A stretch of 63,305 bases of DNA, filler included, from Sphacelaria rigidula (taxonomy: Eukaryota): assembly GCA_964200075.2 (NCBI GenBank). It is 11 parts of 11 records of this genome, joined end to end, with 100 filler letters (N's around TTAATTAATTAA, not from the genome) between each part and the next. Parts side by side here need not be neighbours in the genome. Positions count along the whole stretch, not along the records: positions 46,115 to 51,778 come from CAXNAA020025456.1; positions 51,879 to 57,542 come from CAXNAA020025457.1; positions 57,643 to 63,305 come from CAXNAA020025458.1; 8 more parts are not named here. The stretch is one strand, 5' to 3'. Positions 47,483 through 62,150 of the stretch are shown here, piece by piece. A model generated the notes under the pieces. That model did not search any database, had not been told where the DNA came from, and saw nothing but the letters and a program-made list of their open reading frames with translations. Made by a program: the position numbers and the translations under genes. Every line of letters starts with the position of its first letter. Within the stretch, counting starts at the first letter, position 1.

Positions 47483-50400
47483 TTAAGCGCGTTGTGCGAG
47501 TGGATATGCTCGGCGGCATAATCTGCAGAAAAGACTGCCCCCAATTGATCGGATCAAATCACGCAACACTACAACCCAAGAAGTTCTCAGACAGCGAGGC
47601 ACGTGCGCTGCGCTGCGTTGTACTGTACGACTGAACGATTGCACCTGCTGTGCAAAAGGTGACATCCCACTGAACGATACATTCATGTGCACCAACTGGC
47701 TATACGGACTGGCTACGGGTTTTACGAGGGGGTCCTATGGAACATGCGATGCTCGGAGACGGGAGAAGCGAGGGCCACAACAGCAAAAACGCGGGATTGA
47801 ATAATTCAGAACTCAAAAAGTGACAGATCAAGCCCGCAGAGTGACGCCTTACGCTGGGGTCAGTCGAGGTTGCCGGAGCGGTGACTGTCGTCACACCCTG
47901 CTCAGCGGTTGCGCGGTTGGTGTTCGCGTCTGGAGAAGCCATGTTCACGTCGCAAGAAGGGTACTGTAGATCACCAAGCACCACTATGTAGTGTAGGCTA
48001 GAGTGCTGGACCACAGAAGATCAACGGAGGCGATTAGCTGCTGTTGCTCTTGCTTTGATGTAGGGAATAATATTGAAGTGGGAAGGGTGGGCTGGTGGTT
48101 TGAGGGATAGGGCGTGAACACGCTTTACAATGACAGCGTGCGACTGCGCGGGCGATGTGGTCAAAATCGCGCAGGAATCCAAATGGACAAACACTTTCAA
48201 TTTTGTCGCGAAATTCGCGCCAGTGGGTGCTCATATGTGAGATGAAGATTCTCCACCTTTTCTTTGGATCTTGACAAGACGGTACTGGGTGATAGGGTCC
48301 GGTCTCCCCGGTTTCGTTTTTTCAGTACAGTACAGTACAGTGACTACTCCCTGACATCGCGCAAAACTCCATCCTGGCGACTTGCGGTGTACGTAGATCA
48401 AAAGACTCTAGGGCCCGTTTTAACGGGGGGGGAAATGATGGAGAAACAGTGATCGTGGTGGTTTCGATCATTTTCGTTTTTCTTGTTCGTCCGATTGATT
48501 GCTGCGTGATGGGCAAGCAACTGGAAGGACAAAAGGAAAACAAAATCACAAAAAACGCCATAATCACTCCCACTCATCTACACGCCCTGACGTTTTCTTG
48601 TTTGGTGAAAAAAATACCATGATTATATTATGACAGCATTGCACATTGCTATACAAAGGGTATGTTATCCTTGCAGTAAGAATGTCATACCATTCGGTGC
48701 TGAATGTTGTTGCATCCCTTTGACGCAGATTTACAGTTGAGATTTTTTGCCGTTCTTGACGCAAAAAATGACACAGGGCACGGAGTACAAAATTTAATTC
48801 GATGCAATACCCTACGGACGCGGAACCTTTCTAATGCTGTTCGCCATAGCCGGCACCCTAGTACGCTTCCTCTGCCCGTCGCTTTTCTCTGGTACTCCTT
48901 TTCCTCCTTCAGCCCTGAATTCACAGGTGAGATCAGTTTTGCGGTAATCCAGGCCTACGTTTCCAGCTGCGAAAGTTTACGGGTGTCACCTGACCCATCT
49001 GCATGTCCTCATCCAGCTGATGCAGCGTGTACCGCTGTGCGGCTGGGTTCCGTACATCACATGCTGCAAATAGTAGTTGTGTTGTATACACCCGGGCGAG
49101 TTCATCTCCTTTGCATTTCGTTATCTCCGTCCCAGAGAACCTCCCCTCTCTTGTCCCCGAGTCTCACACTAGATCTAGAACTACTGGTGAACAACCTCAT
49201 CGTGTATTACATATCCCTGAATCGTTGCCGTCCAATGTGAATAAGAAACTGTTCCGAAGTTCCAAGCGGAGGATCTCCCGTGATGCCCAGCATGACCCGT
49301 GTATATTTCAATAATATGGAGGCCGTATTTTGGAGAATAGGCCCCAAAACACAGTATACCTGGCTTGGGATGATGTTTAAACTTTACGTATGTTCGGCTT
49401 GAAGCCGCAGGTAGGTGTTGACGCAGCAGTTTCGGCGACCGAAGGCGTTTTTTGCGCTGCGTGGGCTGAAGGGGTGATTATGGACCATGCTGCCGTGATT
49501 CCGAAAATATCACCCTCTTTAACAATTCTAGACGGAGAGTATGTGAAATCCGCGCGGAGGCAGGGGCAAATCTTGCTAGCGTTTTTGTTTGCGTAGGCCG
49601 CCTGTCGGTCGAGGGTGCCGCCAAGAGGGAATATCACCACCAGTTGAGGTTCTCCATGCCCTTGGCTTTTTATACGCCGTGTCGAGCAAGCACGGCCGTG
49701 CAGCCGAGCCGAACAGAACAGTGTCTTGTGTCAAGGACCACTGGGGCCTTTCGGGTAGGGGGCAACGTCTCCTTCCAAACCGTGCCAGACTTCCATTGCC
49801 GGGTACCACAACGGTCCCACGATGACATGAGTGATTGCTGCAGTATTCCTCTAGCAGAATCAACCGAAAATTCGTTCTGCAGGCGCTCCCACGTCAATAT
49901 ATTGACCTTTCTCCGAGAGTCGTCTAGTCGTCCTTGTGGAGAGTTTTTTTTTTCTTCTTACATTTCACTTGGTTCCAGAGAAGGGCAGAATATAAGTTGC
50001 AATTTGCGATTTGCAATTTTCATGGATGTATCGCGGGTATTCCAGCTCTGCCCGGGCGTAGTTCGCATGGTACAGTCAGTACCGCAGTTATGAGTGCACT
50101 GACAGCTAGTACGAGTAGCACATCGTCCCAAGTTTACCTTGTATCACTTTGCCGCAATATACATTTCTTGTATCAAGTGCTTCGCCCCTATGCAGTGATG
50201 TGCATCCTTTCCCACCCGGCTACCTCAGCCTGTGCAGAGGTCTATAGCGTCACTTTGCCGTGCTGATTTAAAGTCGTCTCTCCCAACGAACGTCTGCACG
50301 TCTGGCCTCAGCATCTTTTGGTCTTGGACCATAACCATCTCCAATGGACGCCGCGGATGATGAATTATAATCGCTCTCCATAATATTGGAGAGGAACAAT

Positions 50401-51206
50401 ACTGGTATGAGGGCTTTTGATCTTTGTTGTTATACCGACTGCAGTACTCCAATTGAAGTAGTCATAAGCCCAGTGAATAAACCACCTGTCCAGAAGGGTG
50501 GTCAGATCCGCGGCACAGACAGCTGGCGTAGCAGGCATCTATCCTCAGTGGAGCAAATAACACGGCGAAGCAGATGTGCCAACACACAGATAGCAAGCGG
50601 TTTTTACTCCAAACCTGCCCCCAAACGGAAATTAGTGACGAAACCGGTATCGCACGGTGTTCTCATAGCTGCGGGTGCCACTTTGTGCATACGGGTACTG
50701 TACTGTTGATTGTGTCTGGCGTGAAACTATACTGGTGCATCATCACATGACGTGTCACTTTATTAGACAGTTGAATACATCACAAGAGCTCGGTGAGGTA
50801 GAAGTTACTGATTCACTAAAATATTCACGTGGAGACCTCATCCCTCCTAAGCTGATATTGGGAGAAGGGTACAGTGGCAACCCCTTCCGTGGCTGTCAGA
50901 CTGTCATGACGTCTTGGCTGGAAGTTCTAGTACTGTTCGTCGGGGGACATCGCTCTCTCGTAGGTAGCTTTGACGTCGATCTGTCGCTCGAGGTGGAACG
51001 GGAACGTTGAGCTTAGTACCCGCAGATATATAACGGGACCCAAGGGTGTTTGTTAGCTACGTTGTTTTGAGCGTTGATCCATGAGCGGGCTAATATTTAT
51101 AACACAACTGGCAGGATCTCTCGCTTCCTCCGTGCTGGTTTGATGCCGTACCCGCTACGTCATCAGACTTTGGGTGTCAGATAAGTACAAGAAGCTAACA
51201 TCAGCT

Positions 51207-51570
51207 GCCGGTCGCCCCGGTGGCTCAGTTCGTAACCTCGAAACTTTCTGACGGTCGGGACGTGGGTCCGAATCCCGGTGAAGTCACACGGTGTGGGATT
51301 TTTTCGCATATCATGCCCAAGAGTGGAGAGCGACTATGTCGTGTGTACACAAAATATGACTTGATGGTCGACGAGGGAAAGGAACCTTTGAACCTTTCTC
51401 GCGATAAAGTGGAAGGCGAGCACCGCAGAAGGAAGGTGGAGTATGAGAAGAAGATGAAAAACAACTCCTGTGTTGAACACACACCCTCGTGAACCGGCTA
51501 ATGCACCCACATATACCGCAAGGTGTATACTGGCGTCCAGAATAGATGGGTTGACAACACAACAACACAC
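51207..51570 (+). mobile_element. tRNA-derived SINE copy 4
   Basis: Full head, body and CA/CAA tail. Confidence 0.85.
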
Positions 51571-52509
51571 AGCACCCACCGTTTTAACCCACACAGCGCC
51601 CTGGGCGCTTTGCGCCACCAAACCTGTGGCGGCAATGCCCACCCGTGGCATCAATCAAGATATACTCGAAGGTTCAGCATCTTCAGACAAGAGGTGCGCT
51701 ATGCCTTGACGCCTAGCCCTCGTACGAATGAAAAGTGGGGGGGGGTGTACTCATGATCATGCTTGCCATAGTCATAAGNNNNNNNNNNNNNNNNNNNNNN
51801 NNNNNNNNNNNNNNNNNNNNNNTTAATTAATTAANNNNNNNNNNNNNNNNNNNNNNNNNNNNNNNNNNNNNNNNNNNNCACATTCAGATGCACGTCCATG
51901 GCAGTGGATGCAGATGCAGAGGATATGACTACTGACTACTGCCTGCACTACGGTACTACACGTGAAGGCTTCACTTTGTTTACTGTGTGTGTTACTGCTG
52001 TGTACCGCCTGCACTCCCGTACTACGCGTGAAGGCTTCACCTTGTTTGAAAACATCCGTCACGGGCAGCTGAATAAAAAATGTGTGCTCCCGCAGGTGGA
52101 TATACTTTTTGCGCATTTATTCAAGTTTGGGAGTGCTCGGTGTTGAGGTGATTTCGTTCCTCCGGAAAGCTCGCTCCACATCAGTAGATCGACAATCTTG
52201 TTGCACTAGCGAGTGTCCTCCCTTTGTCTGTACCAGTCGGGAAGTACACGCCCCCGAGCTGCCACCCCACGTTTACCGTCATTGCGAAGATAACAAGACA
52301 GGAGCACGAAGAGCAGCTGTTGTGGCCGCTACACACCAACGTAACTGCAGTGAGTGCGCATGGCGAGTATCCTTTGAAGTGTCGACCTACAGAGGGAGAG
52401 TTGACAGAAGAAAGACAAAGCTGGCGGCTGCTTCTTCTCAGGGCTCCAGTTCAGAAAGGTCCTCTAGATCTTGTTTGTATGCGGGGGGCTGTCAAGTGCC
52501 GTGGACCGT

Positions 52510-52623
52510 CCGCACGAGAAGCAGCAAGCCAGCAGCAGCAGCAGCAGCAGCAGCAGTATCAGCAGCATATTTGTTGCTAGTGAATGTACGTGGCTGGGAG
52601 TGGGTCTGAATCAACCGGCGCCG

Positions 52624-52664
<41 letters not shown>

Positions 52665-52867
52665 GTCGCTCTTGATCGTAGACGGTCCGCGTTCCGACCG
52701 TGCTTTAACACCCACGCACCTTGCGAGTGATAGCCACCGTGCTGGACAGCGCTGGCACACACACAAATCGGCACCAGCTGATTAGACCCACCCCCAGCCG
52801 CAAACATCTACTGGCAGTAAAGATGCTGCTGATACTGCTGCTGCTGCTTCTTCTCCTTCTCGTGCGG
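52510..52867. repeat. Foldback element with CAG/CTG microsatellites in its arms
   Basis: ~110-bp imperfect inverted arms (CCGCACGAGAAG...CTTCTCGTGCGG) and an internal (CTG)n tract. Confidence 0.65.
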
Positions 52868-53463
52868 AACGCGATTTGAACGGCGCGTGATTTCTCGTGA
52901 TGCTGCATAAGTGCTGTGTTGTTTTGTGTTGACTGTAGTAGTCTGTACTGCATACACCATTGCAAAAGTATCTTGATTTGAGTATAATGGCCTATACTCC
53001 ATATAATGGCGTCATGGTTCGAGGAGGTTTTCAAAACGTTTTGCTCGTTTCTTCAAAAGTATTCCGAAAAACGAGAGGGTTTTCTGTCACGGAAATCTAA
53101 TGCCGAAATCTAGAATAGCCCGAGACAACAACCAATTTGAAAATTGGAATTGAACGTATGTACTAACGTTTTTTTTCCACAAGATTGCAGTCCGAACACA
53201 GGCCACCATAGCAAAAAGGAAAACTGTCAACTGATACATTACTCGGTTGTAGTGTCGAAACACTAACACTTCATCTGCGGCGTCCTTCTGTTCATCTCGT
53301 GTAGGATGCGTACGTAGCCAGCGGGTGATCACACAGCAGGCAGCTTGCATGCAAAGCGCAGTGCAAGTTTCTACGATGTGGCAGCGGCATCTTTCTCAAA
53401 GTAGTACCTACGACCTCCCTTTTTCTCCGAAGGACGAACCCGCAGTCTCAACGCATCAACCCA

Positions 53464-53506
<43 letters not shown>

Positions 53507-54060
53507 ACAACCCCTTCACCCCCCGGGTGCACGCAGTTCCNNNNNNNNNNGGGGGGGCCTCTTTCTAAAAGAAGATCCCCCCCCCCCCCTTTTTTCCGCC
53601 ACGGCGGCCCCCCCCCCCCACACCCACACCCCCCCCCCCCCCCCCCCCCCCCCCGCCCCCCAAGCACTTGCTGAAAAAATTGTTGTCGAGCAGGGAGTGG
53701 TTCAACATTCCCTCAACCTCTCGAACGCCATCGAATTGATTTTTTTCATCTTGCCTACTCAAGCCTTGACGCTGCCGGGCGGTGAAAAATAATCAAGGAT
53801 GACATTCATGTCCGGATCCATGCACACGTATTCCGCCCACTCAGGCCATGCGTTGATGAACTAATTTGATCGCGGAGATGCGGTGGCGAACACTGTGATC
53901 ACAGCAAAAACACGAAGCGCTGGGCTTCTAAATGGTACGCGCATTGAAAAAGCCGGAGTACAGACAATGCCCCCGCTAACCACAGCCTATCTTCCAGAAC
54001 AAACGTAGGAATGCAGAACGCAGATTGAACAGTATCCATGGAAAGCCACCCACTTTGAAT

Positions 54061-54128
54061 ATTGATTGATTTGATTGATTGATTGTCGCACTTCAACTGG
54101 CTCCCCATGGGTCCAGCTGTGGTCTCAT
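54061..54128 (-). mobile_element. LINE-like 3' end with (AATC)n tail
   Basis: Minus strand GAGACCACAGCTGGACCCATGGGGAGCCAGTTGAAGTGCGAC(AATC)n; a more diverged copy lies at ~55520-55592. Confidence 0.6.
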
Positions 54129-54707
54129 GATAGACGTACCCCAAGAAAAACAAAACTCAAGCACTCGCTGAAAAAAACAAGGAACAGATACGTCATACAA
54201 ATATCCATTACAACCCGCACAAGCACACCGGACAAGACTGCCAAGATAGTTTTGCATCATACACGGCCGACGTATACATATCATAGGAAGAACACACGTA
54301 TCTCAAGTTTCTCGTCGACGGCTCCACCAGCCTTGGAACAACCCATTCTTTTATTGCCGCACACGCGTCCACAAAGCTGAAAGCAGCTGCTGGTAACATC
54401 TGCCAGGGGAGTGGGTTGAGGCCAAGTGCAAATGGGAGCGCAAACGCGAGCGAAGTCTCGTTGGCCACGGCTCTGATCCGTCACAGCAAATAGTGCGGAC
54501 TGGGTCATCAACAGAACCTCCGACACGGTAGCGGTATATTTTGTGCCACGTCTACGTCAGTCACAGGCTGCAGGATTTACTTATGCGATCAGCGTGACGA
54601 GGGCGTATGCTACTGAATAGTTACCCGTAGGTGACGCCCCACCCTGTCACTCAAGCTTGGCTCCCAAGCCACAATTTCTCCCTCCAAATCCATATTTTTC
54701 AAACCAC

Positions 54708-55046
54708 TCGCCCCGGTTCCTCAGTTGGTGACTTCCAACCCTTCAGACGGTTGGGCCGTGGGTTAAAATTACGGAGCGATCTGAGATTTGATCTCACACA
54801 ATGCTCAACAGTAGAAAGCGTCCATGTCTTGGGTACACAAAATTCGACGTAATGGTTGATGAGGGCAAGGGGTCGCCGAACCCCTCTCGCGAAAAAAATA
54901 AAGGCAAGCACCGCAGAAGATGGAGATGTGAAACAGAATAAGAAAAGAAAAAACTCCTGTGTTGGCCTTCCTCCTGTGTAACTCCGGCTGATGCGCCCAC
55001 ATATACCGAAAGGTGTAGACTGGCATCTAGAATAGATGGGATGACC

Positions 55047-55093
<47 letters not shown>
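54708..55093 (+). mobile_element. tRNA-derived SINE copy 5
   Basis: Diverged head, conserved body, long (CAA)n tail. Confidence 0.85.
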
Positions 55094-55094
<1 letters not shown>

Positions 55095-58000
55095 CCCCCG
55101 GTGCCTGTACCACCAACCAAGTGCAGGTCATGCCTACCGCTGTTGTATTACGGTGGTGAACAGTAAACCTCTCTGCGACGGAAGAGAAAGCGCGAGTTGG
55201 ACCTGACATCGTGTTTGCTTCATATCGCTCACCATGGTGTGCAAGGAGAATAAAGCCGCAAACCGATCTCATAAGGCTGGAAGCAAAGCATTCCCAAAGT
55301 TCGGTGCCTCGCGTTTACATAACGGCCCCTCAGCCAACTGACAGTCCTGACATCTCGCCCAATGATGAACGGCTGAGTGCCTTACTAACGACAGGCGATC
55401 ACGAGCTAGATGGGTACTGGGATTAAACAAACGCCGGCATGATCAACCTGACTGGGAAATGGTCTGTGCTGGGGTAGCAACGTATCGGACCATAGCTCTC
55501 AAAACCCGCCTTGGATCATAATTCATTGTTCTATTGATCGATGGCTGCACATCAACATTGACTCATCCACCCCTGGTCCAGCTTGCGTCCCAGTATGATC
55601 GTATCGAAGGTGAAAAGCCGTAGCACTCGCGGAGGACACTTGAGGAAGGGAAAGCATGGAGAATGAAGGAGAGAACACTCGCGGTAAATGAGGCAGAGAG
55701 AAAGACACGGAACGGCAGGCTCCTTGAGCGTGGCTTCCCAGAGGGAGGCTGTACAAGAAAAAATAGAACGAAAGAGGACAGAACGGGAAAGGCCGCGTCA
55801 GGGCGGTCTGACTCGGTAACGTCGAGACTACAGCATTTGGGCAGGACCTCTTAGAAACGAGCTATGTGAGAGCGAGATACTACATTGTACGGTATTCAGC
55901 AACAACAACAACAACAGCAGCAGCAGCAATGACATTGGCGTCGACAACGACGATGACGACGAGAAGGAGAACGAGGATAACTACAAAAGCCCACTGGGGC
56001 GGGAGAACAAGAAAACAGAAGAGGAAAAGGTGTACTCATCATCATGCATGCCAAAGTCATAAGACCATTTAGAGCATTGAGAGGGAAGGGGGAAGGGGAG
56101 TATGAATGTCGGGGAAGAAAGAAGGACAAACAAACATGAGTGCCGCAGAGACGAAGCAGGACACGGTTCACAAAAAATCACCCCAGACAAACCCTTTCGC
56201 ATCTCAAAAGCAAAACAAGAGGCGACATTAAAATAACCACCGAGTCCAAACTCACCGGCCATGGCGAGCGCAGGAGTCTCGGAGAGGTCTGAAGAAGATT
56301 TCAGCAGTCTTCTCTCAGAGGACAGGCCAGAGCAACAAAAGGGTTATTGATCGTTCCCGTCAACCTCAGAGGCCAACTTTTCTTGCCGACGCTGGAGCAA
56401 CGACCACACGTAAAGGTACACCTTATCCCGCACCTGTTGTTATTACACGGAGGCGGGCGAGTACTATTTCATGCTTCAGGCGTTCTTTTGAGGGCGGAGG
56501 CAAAACGAAATTACGGGAACAAAGCAGATCGGCAACGAAGGTCAATCTGGTCGACGCTTTAGAGAGAGAATAGACCACTACGATGACTTAATCCGTCCTT
56601 TTGACGGCTGAGAATCGAGGCAAACCCGACAAAGAAATAGATTGCCTTCACAGTAACACGGTAATACATAGGGGCGTGACCACAGCAGAGTGACACCTCA
56701 CCCATTTTTCACGTACGCCAGCAAACAAGAAAATGGAAGCATTATCAAAGCGGGGCAGACCGAGAGTCCAATGATGGCATACAGGGGATCGACGAATATC
56801 CGCACTTTCTCACCCATGCGCATGCTACTTCGAGGAGGCATAGAAAACAGTGCAAGCGCAAATAAACCCGGAATCTGGAGGAATACAACGTCAAATACCG
56901 ACCTCAGCAAGGGACGTCGTTACTCTTCCCCAAAAAGCCATATCTTGCCCCTCCCCCCCCCACCCAACTCCCGCCCAAATGTTGGAGGGGTTTTTACTAG
57001 AAGTAGGAACGGTGCTCTGTTTCCACCGAAATGTGCGGTCAATGGTCACAAGGCCAAGGCAAGCAAAATAAGTGCGCCCCCTCATCCCCCGTTCGACGAT
57101 ACACACACTAACCCTTGCGACAGCATGCGGATTTATCTCAGTATTTTTGCAAGCCATGTGCGAATTCATCACATATCACATTCCAGGAAGCACTAGGGCG
57201 TCATCATCCATGTTCATTAGCAAAATGCGGATCTTTCACCACCCAGGTGGCATTCCGGATACAAACGTGCTACAACCACGATATGATGAAACATAACAGC
57301 AACATGCGTTACACTACCCCCCCCCCTGTCGCGCTCTATTCAGCCTGGTCCGGCGAGAACCCGGCGTGCTCCGACCCGGCTTTGTAGGGGCGGACCGGCG
57401 ATGGGGTTGGCGTCGGTTTGCGATGACGCTAAAAAACACGCTACTCACTACGGAAGCTAGGCAACCAGGTTACCGCATGATGATAGTCGAGCTAGATCAT
57501 GTTGTGCGGCGTGGGAGAACCTCAACTCCGCACAATGGGGATNNNNNNNNNNNNNNNNNNNNNNNNNNNNNNNNNNNNNNNNNNNNTTAATTAATTAANN
57601 NNNNNNNNNNNNNNNNNNNNNNNNNNNNNNNNNNNNNNNNNNGGCACATCAGACCGGCAACATCGGTGGAATCCGTATGAAATGTCTGGATACTTCAACC
57701 TGAAGCAATTAAGGTGCCAAGAGTAGTCAGCCCTGGAACTGCCGCCTTCATGTTGGTGTGGCTGGGTTCGGAGCAAGCATGTACATTTTATTCAAGGAAT
57801 AGATAAGCTTCGACCGCGAGGAGAGAAAATCGGCCTAGTCTGTTCAATAGTAGACGTCGAGAGGCGGTCGAGTCTACGAGGTGCCTAGGGACCACCCCAC
57901 GCCTCGTAGAAAGGGTGCAGGAGGATGTCCGTTCACCCAACGAGTTTTTTGTGTTCGTTAGGTCTCTCCTGCAACTGTTTGGAGGCATTTTGAAGTTATG

Positions 58001-58364
58001 TCAATCTTTCTTTTCAGCAGTGTATGCAATATTTGTACATGGCCAAACAACCGGGGGGAGGGGTAGAGTTGAGGGATGTGCTACCCGTTTGGATATTCTG
58101 ATACACAATCGAGGTGTCAATTCCTATGCCTGATGAGCACCTCTAACTTCTAACTACGTCAGCCCTTTCATGAAATAGTTAACGACGAAGTGTATTTGAA
58201 GTACGCTGCTTACTAGGTGTATTGACGCTCTGTGATGACATTCATGAGTGTTTGATCGTTTCGATCTGCTATACATATTTGCCTGGATGAATTTCTGGTA
58301 TTTACCACCCCCCTCCCCCCCCGCTCCCTCGCGCCCGCTGCACGAATGACAAATGATGAATCAG

Positions 58365-58585
58365 GAACTGATAGAGACGGTGATGACAACCATCCAAGAG
58401 CCCGACGTCACCGATGCAGGAGTGGCGGCCGTAGTGGCCAGGTTGCAGGCCTATAGTGCCGGCATCAGCGCCATGGTCAACAATCTGCCACCCGACGCAA
58501 CATCAGTAACACCCAACGGGTCTATGGAAGGCGGAGGGGTCAGCAACAAAGCCACGATACTGCCAAAAATAGAGAGCGCTGATCA
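58365..58585 (+). CDS. Orphan coding exon, unknown product
   Basis: CAG acceptor, GTAAGT donor, open frame ELIETVMTTIQEPDVTDAGVAAVVARLQAYSAGISAMVNNLPP... Confidence 0.5.
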
Positions 58586-59920
58586 GTAAGTCTGGACTGC
58601 ATTTTTTTTTCCTTCCTTTTTATACAAATAGCTGCAGATGGCCCCTTTCCTGCTTGCGTCCGCAGCCGATTTATAAAAACTGCGATTGTCGGAGGCCGGG
58701 AGGGAGGGGCGAGGGGAGGGAAGGAGAAGGGTTGTATGGAAGTTTCTGTCGCGTTCAAGTGAGCTGTACATACCTACTAGCTCACGTTTTCGGCTCGAAG
58801 CGTAATATGATGAGCGCTGTGAGATTGATGGCGTCGGTGGAAGAGGTGGCTCATCGTTCAGAAGCTGGGGAATGCGTATTTTAGCACGGGGCGCCCAAGC
58901 GCGTTACGGGATCTCATCACAAATTATTGAGAGGCGTATAAAGTGTACGGAGTCGCATTGGATGCTGTGCTGTTAAGGGGAAACATGTAGTGAGGGGCAA
59001 GGGGGGGGTTGGAGGGGGGTGCAAAATGTCCCTTGGTCAAGCTGCGACCGACAGAAATGAGTGAGACGATTAGAGCTATGCTGCCGTGGTGCTATGACTG
59101 ATTTTGTCGTTTTTTCTCGTTGTCGTATTGCTGTTGCTCGTTTGCATTCTCCTTGTCGCTCGTAAACTGTAAGCCTGTGGTAGCAGTCGTCGACGGTGCG
59201 TGCAGTCGATGATCGACGGACGGCAACACAATGGCTACAGCTTTCGCTGTTGATTGGATGAAGCGGTCACAAGTGTCGGGTGCATGCCCTGCTTTCCCCC
59301 CCGCCCCCAGACTTGAGACAGTTTTCAGGTCAGTTGCCACAACTTGGCAACTGGGGATATACGAAGAACTTTAGGTGCGTTATATGTGTGTGTGTGTCAG
59401 TTCCCAGCTGGTGAAGACCTTCTTTTTCCCGTTTGATACGGCGTGCGCTCCTTGCTTTACTTCCCAACAATTTTCTCGCCGCGTGAGTGGCTTTATCGAT
59501 AGGAAGCGGGGGCGTTTGTAGCAGTAGCAGTAGAGACTAGATGACGCCTACTTTCTTCTCGTGACGTGGAAATTAACGTGGTTGGATCGGGTATTTCGGC
59601 GCGCGCTAGTTTTGAGTGGCTAGCGGTTTTCCGGTACAAGTGTTTTGGCGCCGTCTCGGGGGAACGGCGGGTACAAGGAGGAGATAGAGTTTTGTCTGCA
59701 TAATTTCCCCCCCTTTTGCTTTCAAACATGGTGGTACGTGGGCGTATGGCGACGCCTTGCGTATCCCGGAGGTTGACTGTTCACCACTGTCTTGCAGTCC
59801 GTGGTGCGTAGTCCCCTAGAACATTTTGGAGGGTCCGCGAGTGTTGTTTTAGCGTACCCAGCGATCAGCTTTGAGGACAACCCGCTTGCTCGCTCCCCCT
59901 CCTCTCTCACCCCCCCACCG

Positions 59921-59959
<39 letters not shown>

Positions 59960-62150
59960 CTCGCCCCGTTTTCCTTGTTGAATGGGTTATTTGGATTTGT
60001 GTGATTCGTGTGTTCTGTGTCCGATATCTGGAGAACGAACGACCAGACAAAAAAAACGGTGTCCTTGTTTTTCGTCTTTGATTTGCTGCGTCCGTGGCAG
60101 AGTGAGACTCTTAGTGTACATTGTTATTTGTTTTATCTCGGTGCCCTGTATGTACATGTTCGTCTGCGCTGAGCACCTTTGACGCGGGGGCGTGGCGATG
60201 TGGAGGCGGGCGGGTGGGGGGGGGCAGGGGGAGGGGGAGGGGAACAGTGGGAGAATCCACCGAGGCTGTTACTGGTGTAGTGTGTGTTCTGTCATTTGCG
60301 GTGTAGGGAGTTAGTTATCTACCGCGCGCCGTTTGTATGTAGCCAGTGGACGTCGCGTGCAAGATGATCCTGCAACTCGCGGTACTATTGTTCTGGAAGA
60401 TTCCCATCTCAGCGCCAGGTGTATGATATCGGTGTCTGAAGATTGGCTTGCAGCCTTCTTCGCCGGTCGTGAAGTTGGACAGCGGACGGTACAGTGCCTG
60501 TTTTTCTCTCTCTGGTGTCGTGTTGACTTTTTTTTGTTATTGATTTTCGCTGTTGTACTGCAGGGGGGACTGTCATTGTCTGTCGTCCCCCCTGCTGTTG
60601 TAATTGTTGTTGCTGTTGCTGTTGCTGTTGTTGGTGGTCTCTTCATTGGTCGTTTTTATCGCTGCTGAAATGCTTTCCATCAGCCCTCGATAAAACGTCT
60701 TGTGTGTCGCGTGGTGGGCGAAGCCCGTATATACTGTAGGGTTCCTAGATAGTAGGTCTTCGGCCGCTGATTTATTTCGTGGTCATGTTGCATTTTGACG
60801 TTCATCATTACACGCGATCAGCGATATTTACTCTTGTAGTCCCTGCCATTGATATCGAGAGGTGCGTCCTTTATCCCGTCGGGATGAGTCCTCTTGTGCA
60901 GTCTGCGGCATGATATACATTATTATCGTAGACAGGCGCGTCCTGGATCCTGATAGGATGCAAGACATGATCCGTCAACTCACTAACTGCCCACAGATGT
61001 TGCATCCGCTCGTTGTAGTGCGGTCACACATATGTAGCGGGCATCTTGGCGACCGTAGGTGTTTGCTCATGCCAAGCGTTGAGATGATGAAAATATGGAG
61101 AGGAGGCTTGATTCAGGAGCTCCCTCAGCGCAGGGTCAATTTAGGCGGCAGTAAAAGCACGGGAAGTTTGGGGCAAGAACGCTCCGCAAACCACTGTTGT
61201 ACACGACGCTTTGGAATCTACCTCCGTTTGCGCAGCATCAGACGGATAACTACGGGGCACCCCAAGGATGTTGCATCGGCGGATATAGTGTACTGGGGCA
61301 GGTGCTCGATGTCCCTGCGAGTTTCGGAGCAAGGGCAACGTGAGTGGATATTCCAACGCTATATTCAACGCTACACGAATTGAATTCAAGTCACATGAAA
61401 ATCACCATCTTTCCGCCGCTGGGGCATGGCTCCAGTTAGCAAGGCAGTGCAAAAAAAACACAAGCAGATGGACACATGAAGAAGCGGAATGAAATGGAGC
61501 GATAAAGGCCGTGAAAGCCCTGGTGATGTGATGGCCCCACTAGCACCATTAGGATGAAGAGAACGAGGGTTCGAACCCTGATGCGTTGGGTTTTCCAATT
61601 TCACTTGGTGAAATTGGTATCTGCTCAGGGTGAAAAATTCGACAAGATGTGTTTCGCTACATTTTTCCACTCTAAAACCCCTATTGATTTCGGTTTTTGA
61701 GGGAATCTTCCGTTAAACAGAAACCAAACGCATCCTGCTCCAAGGGGCACCTGGACACCCAGCAGTTGCTGCTGCCTACCTACAACTCTATTCCAAACCG
61801 AAGCCTTGAGAGAGAACGCCAAGCGTGCAGCTGCTTGGCGCGACCACTGCGTTCTGCCACGGATCCTTCCCCACGTACTCGACTTGGGGGCAACATCCCC
61901 GTACAGACGGTAGCAATGCTACCGGATCTCACGTCCTGACAGTCTGGCAGCCGGCAAGGTGGTTATGGTGGTGTCCTTTGGACGATATCAACTTACAGTG
62001 CACTGGAGCAGAGTTTGAAGGTGAATATTTTGGCGATTGCCTTACCTGCAGTTCGCCCAGATGTTGCGGGTTTTTTCACGATCTCTCCGACTGAGAAACT
62101 TTCACACCCTGGACAATAGACGGCATCTATTGCGATAGCAATAAAACCTG

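Noticed and set aside
51207..51280. Functional tRNA gene
   Set aside because: The cloverleaf is incomplete and the head continues into a repeated body with a simple-repeat tail.
53325..53792. Poly-proline ORF
   Set aside because: Derived from long C homopolymers around an N gap; low-quality sequence.
5710..57598. TTAATTAATTAA recurring every ~5764 bp as a biological periodic repeat
   Set aside because: Always embedded in 44+44 Ns; it is an assembly linker.
60862..62094. Coding region or retroelement remnant
   Set aside because: No motif I can assign with confidence, and all frames are broken by stops.
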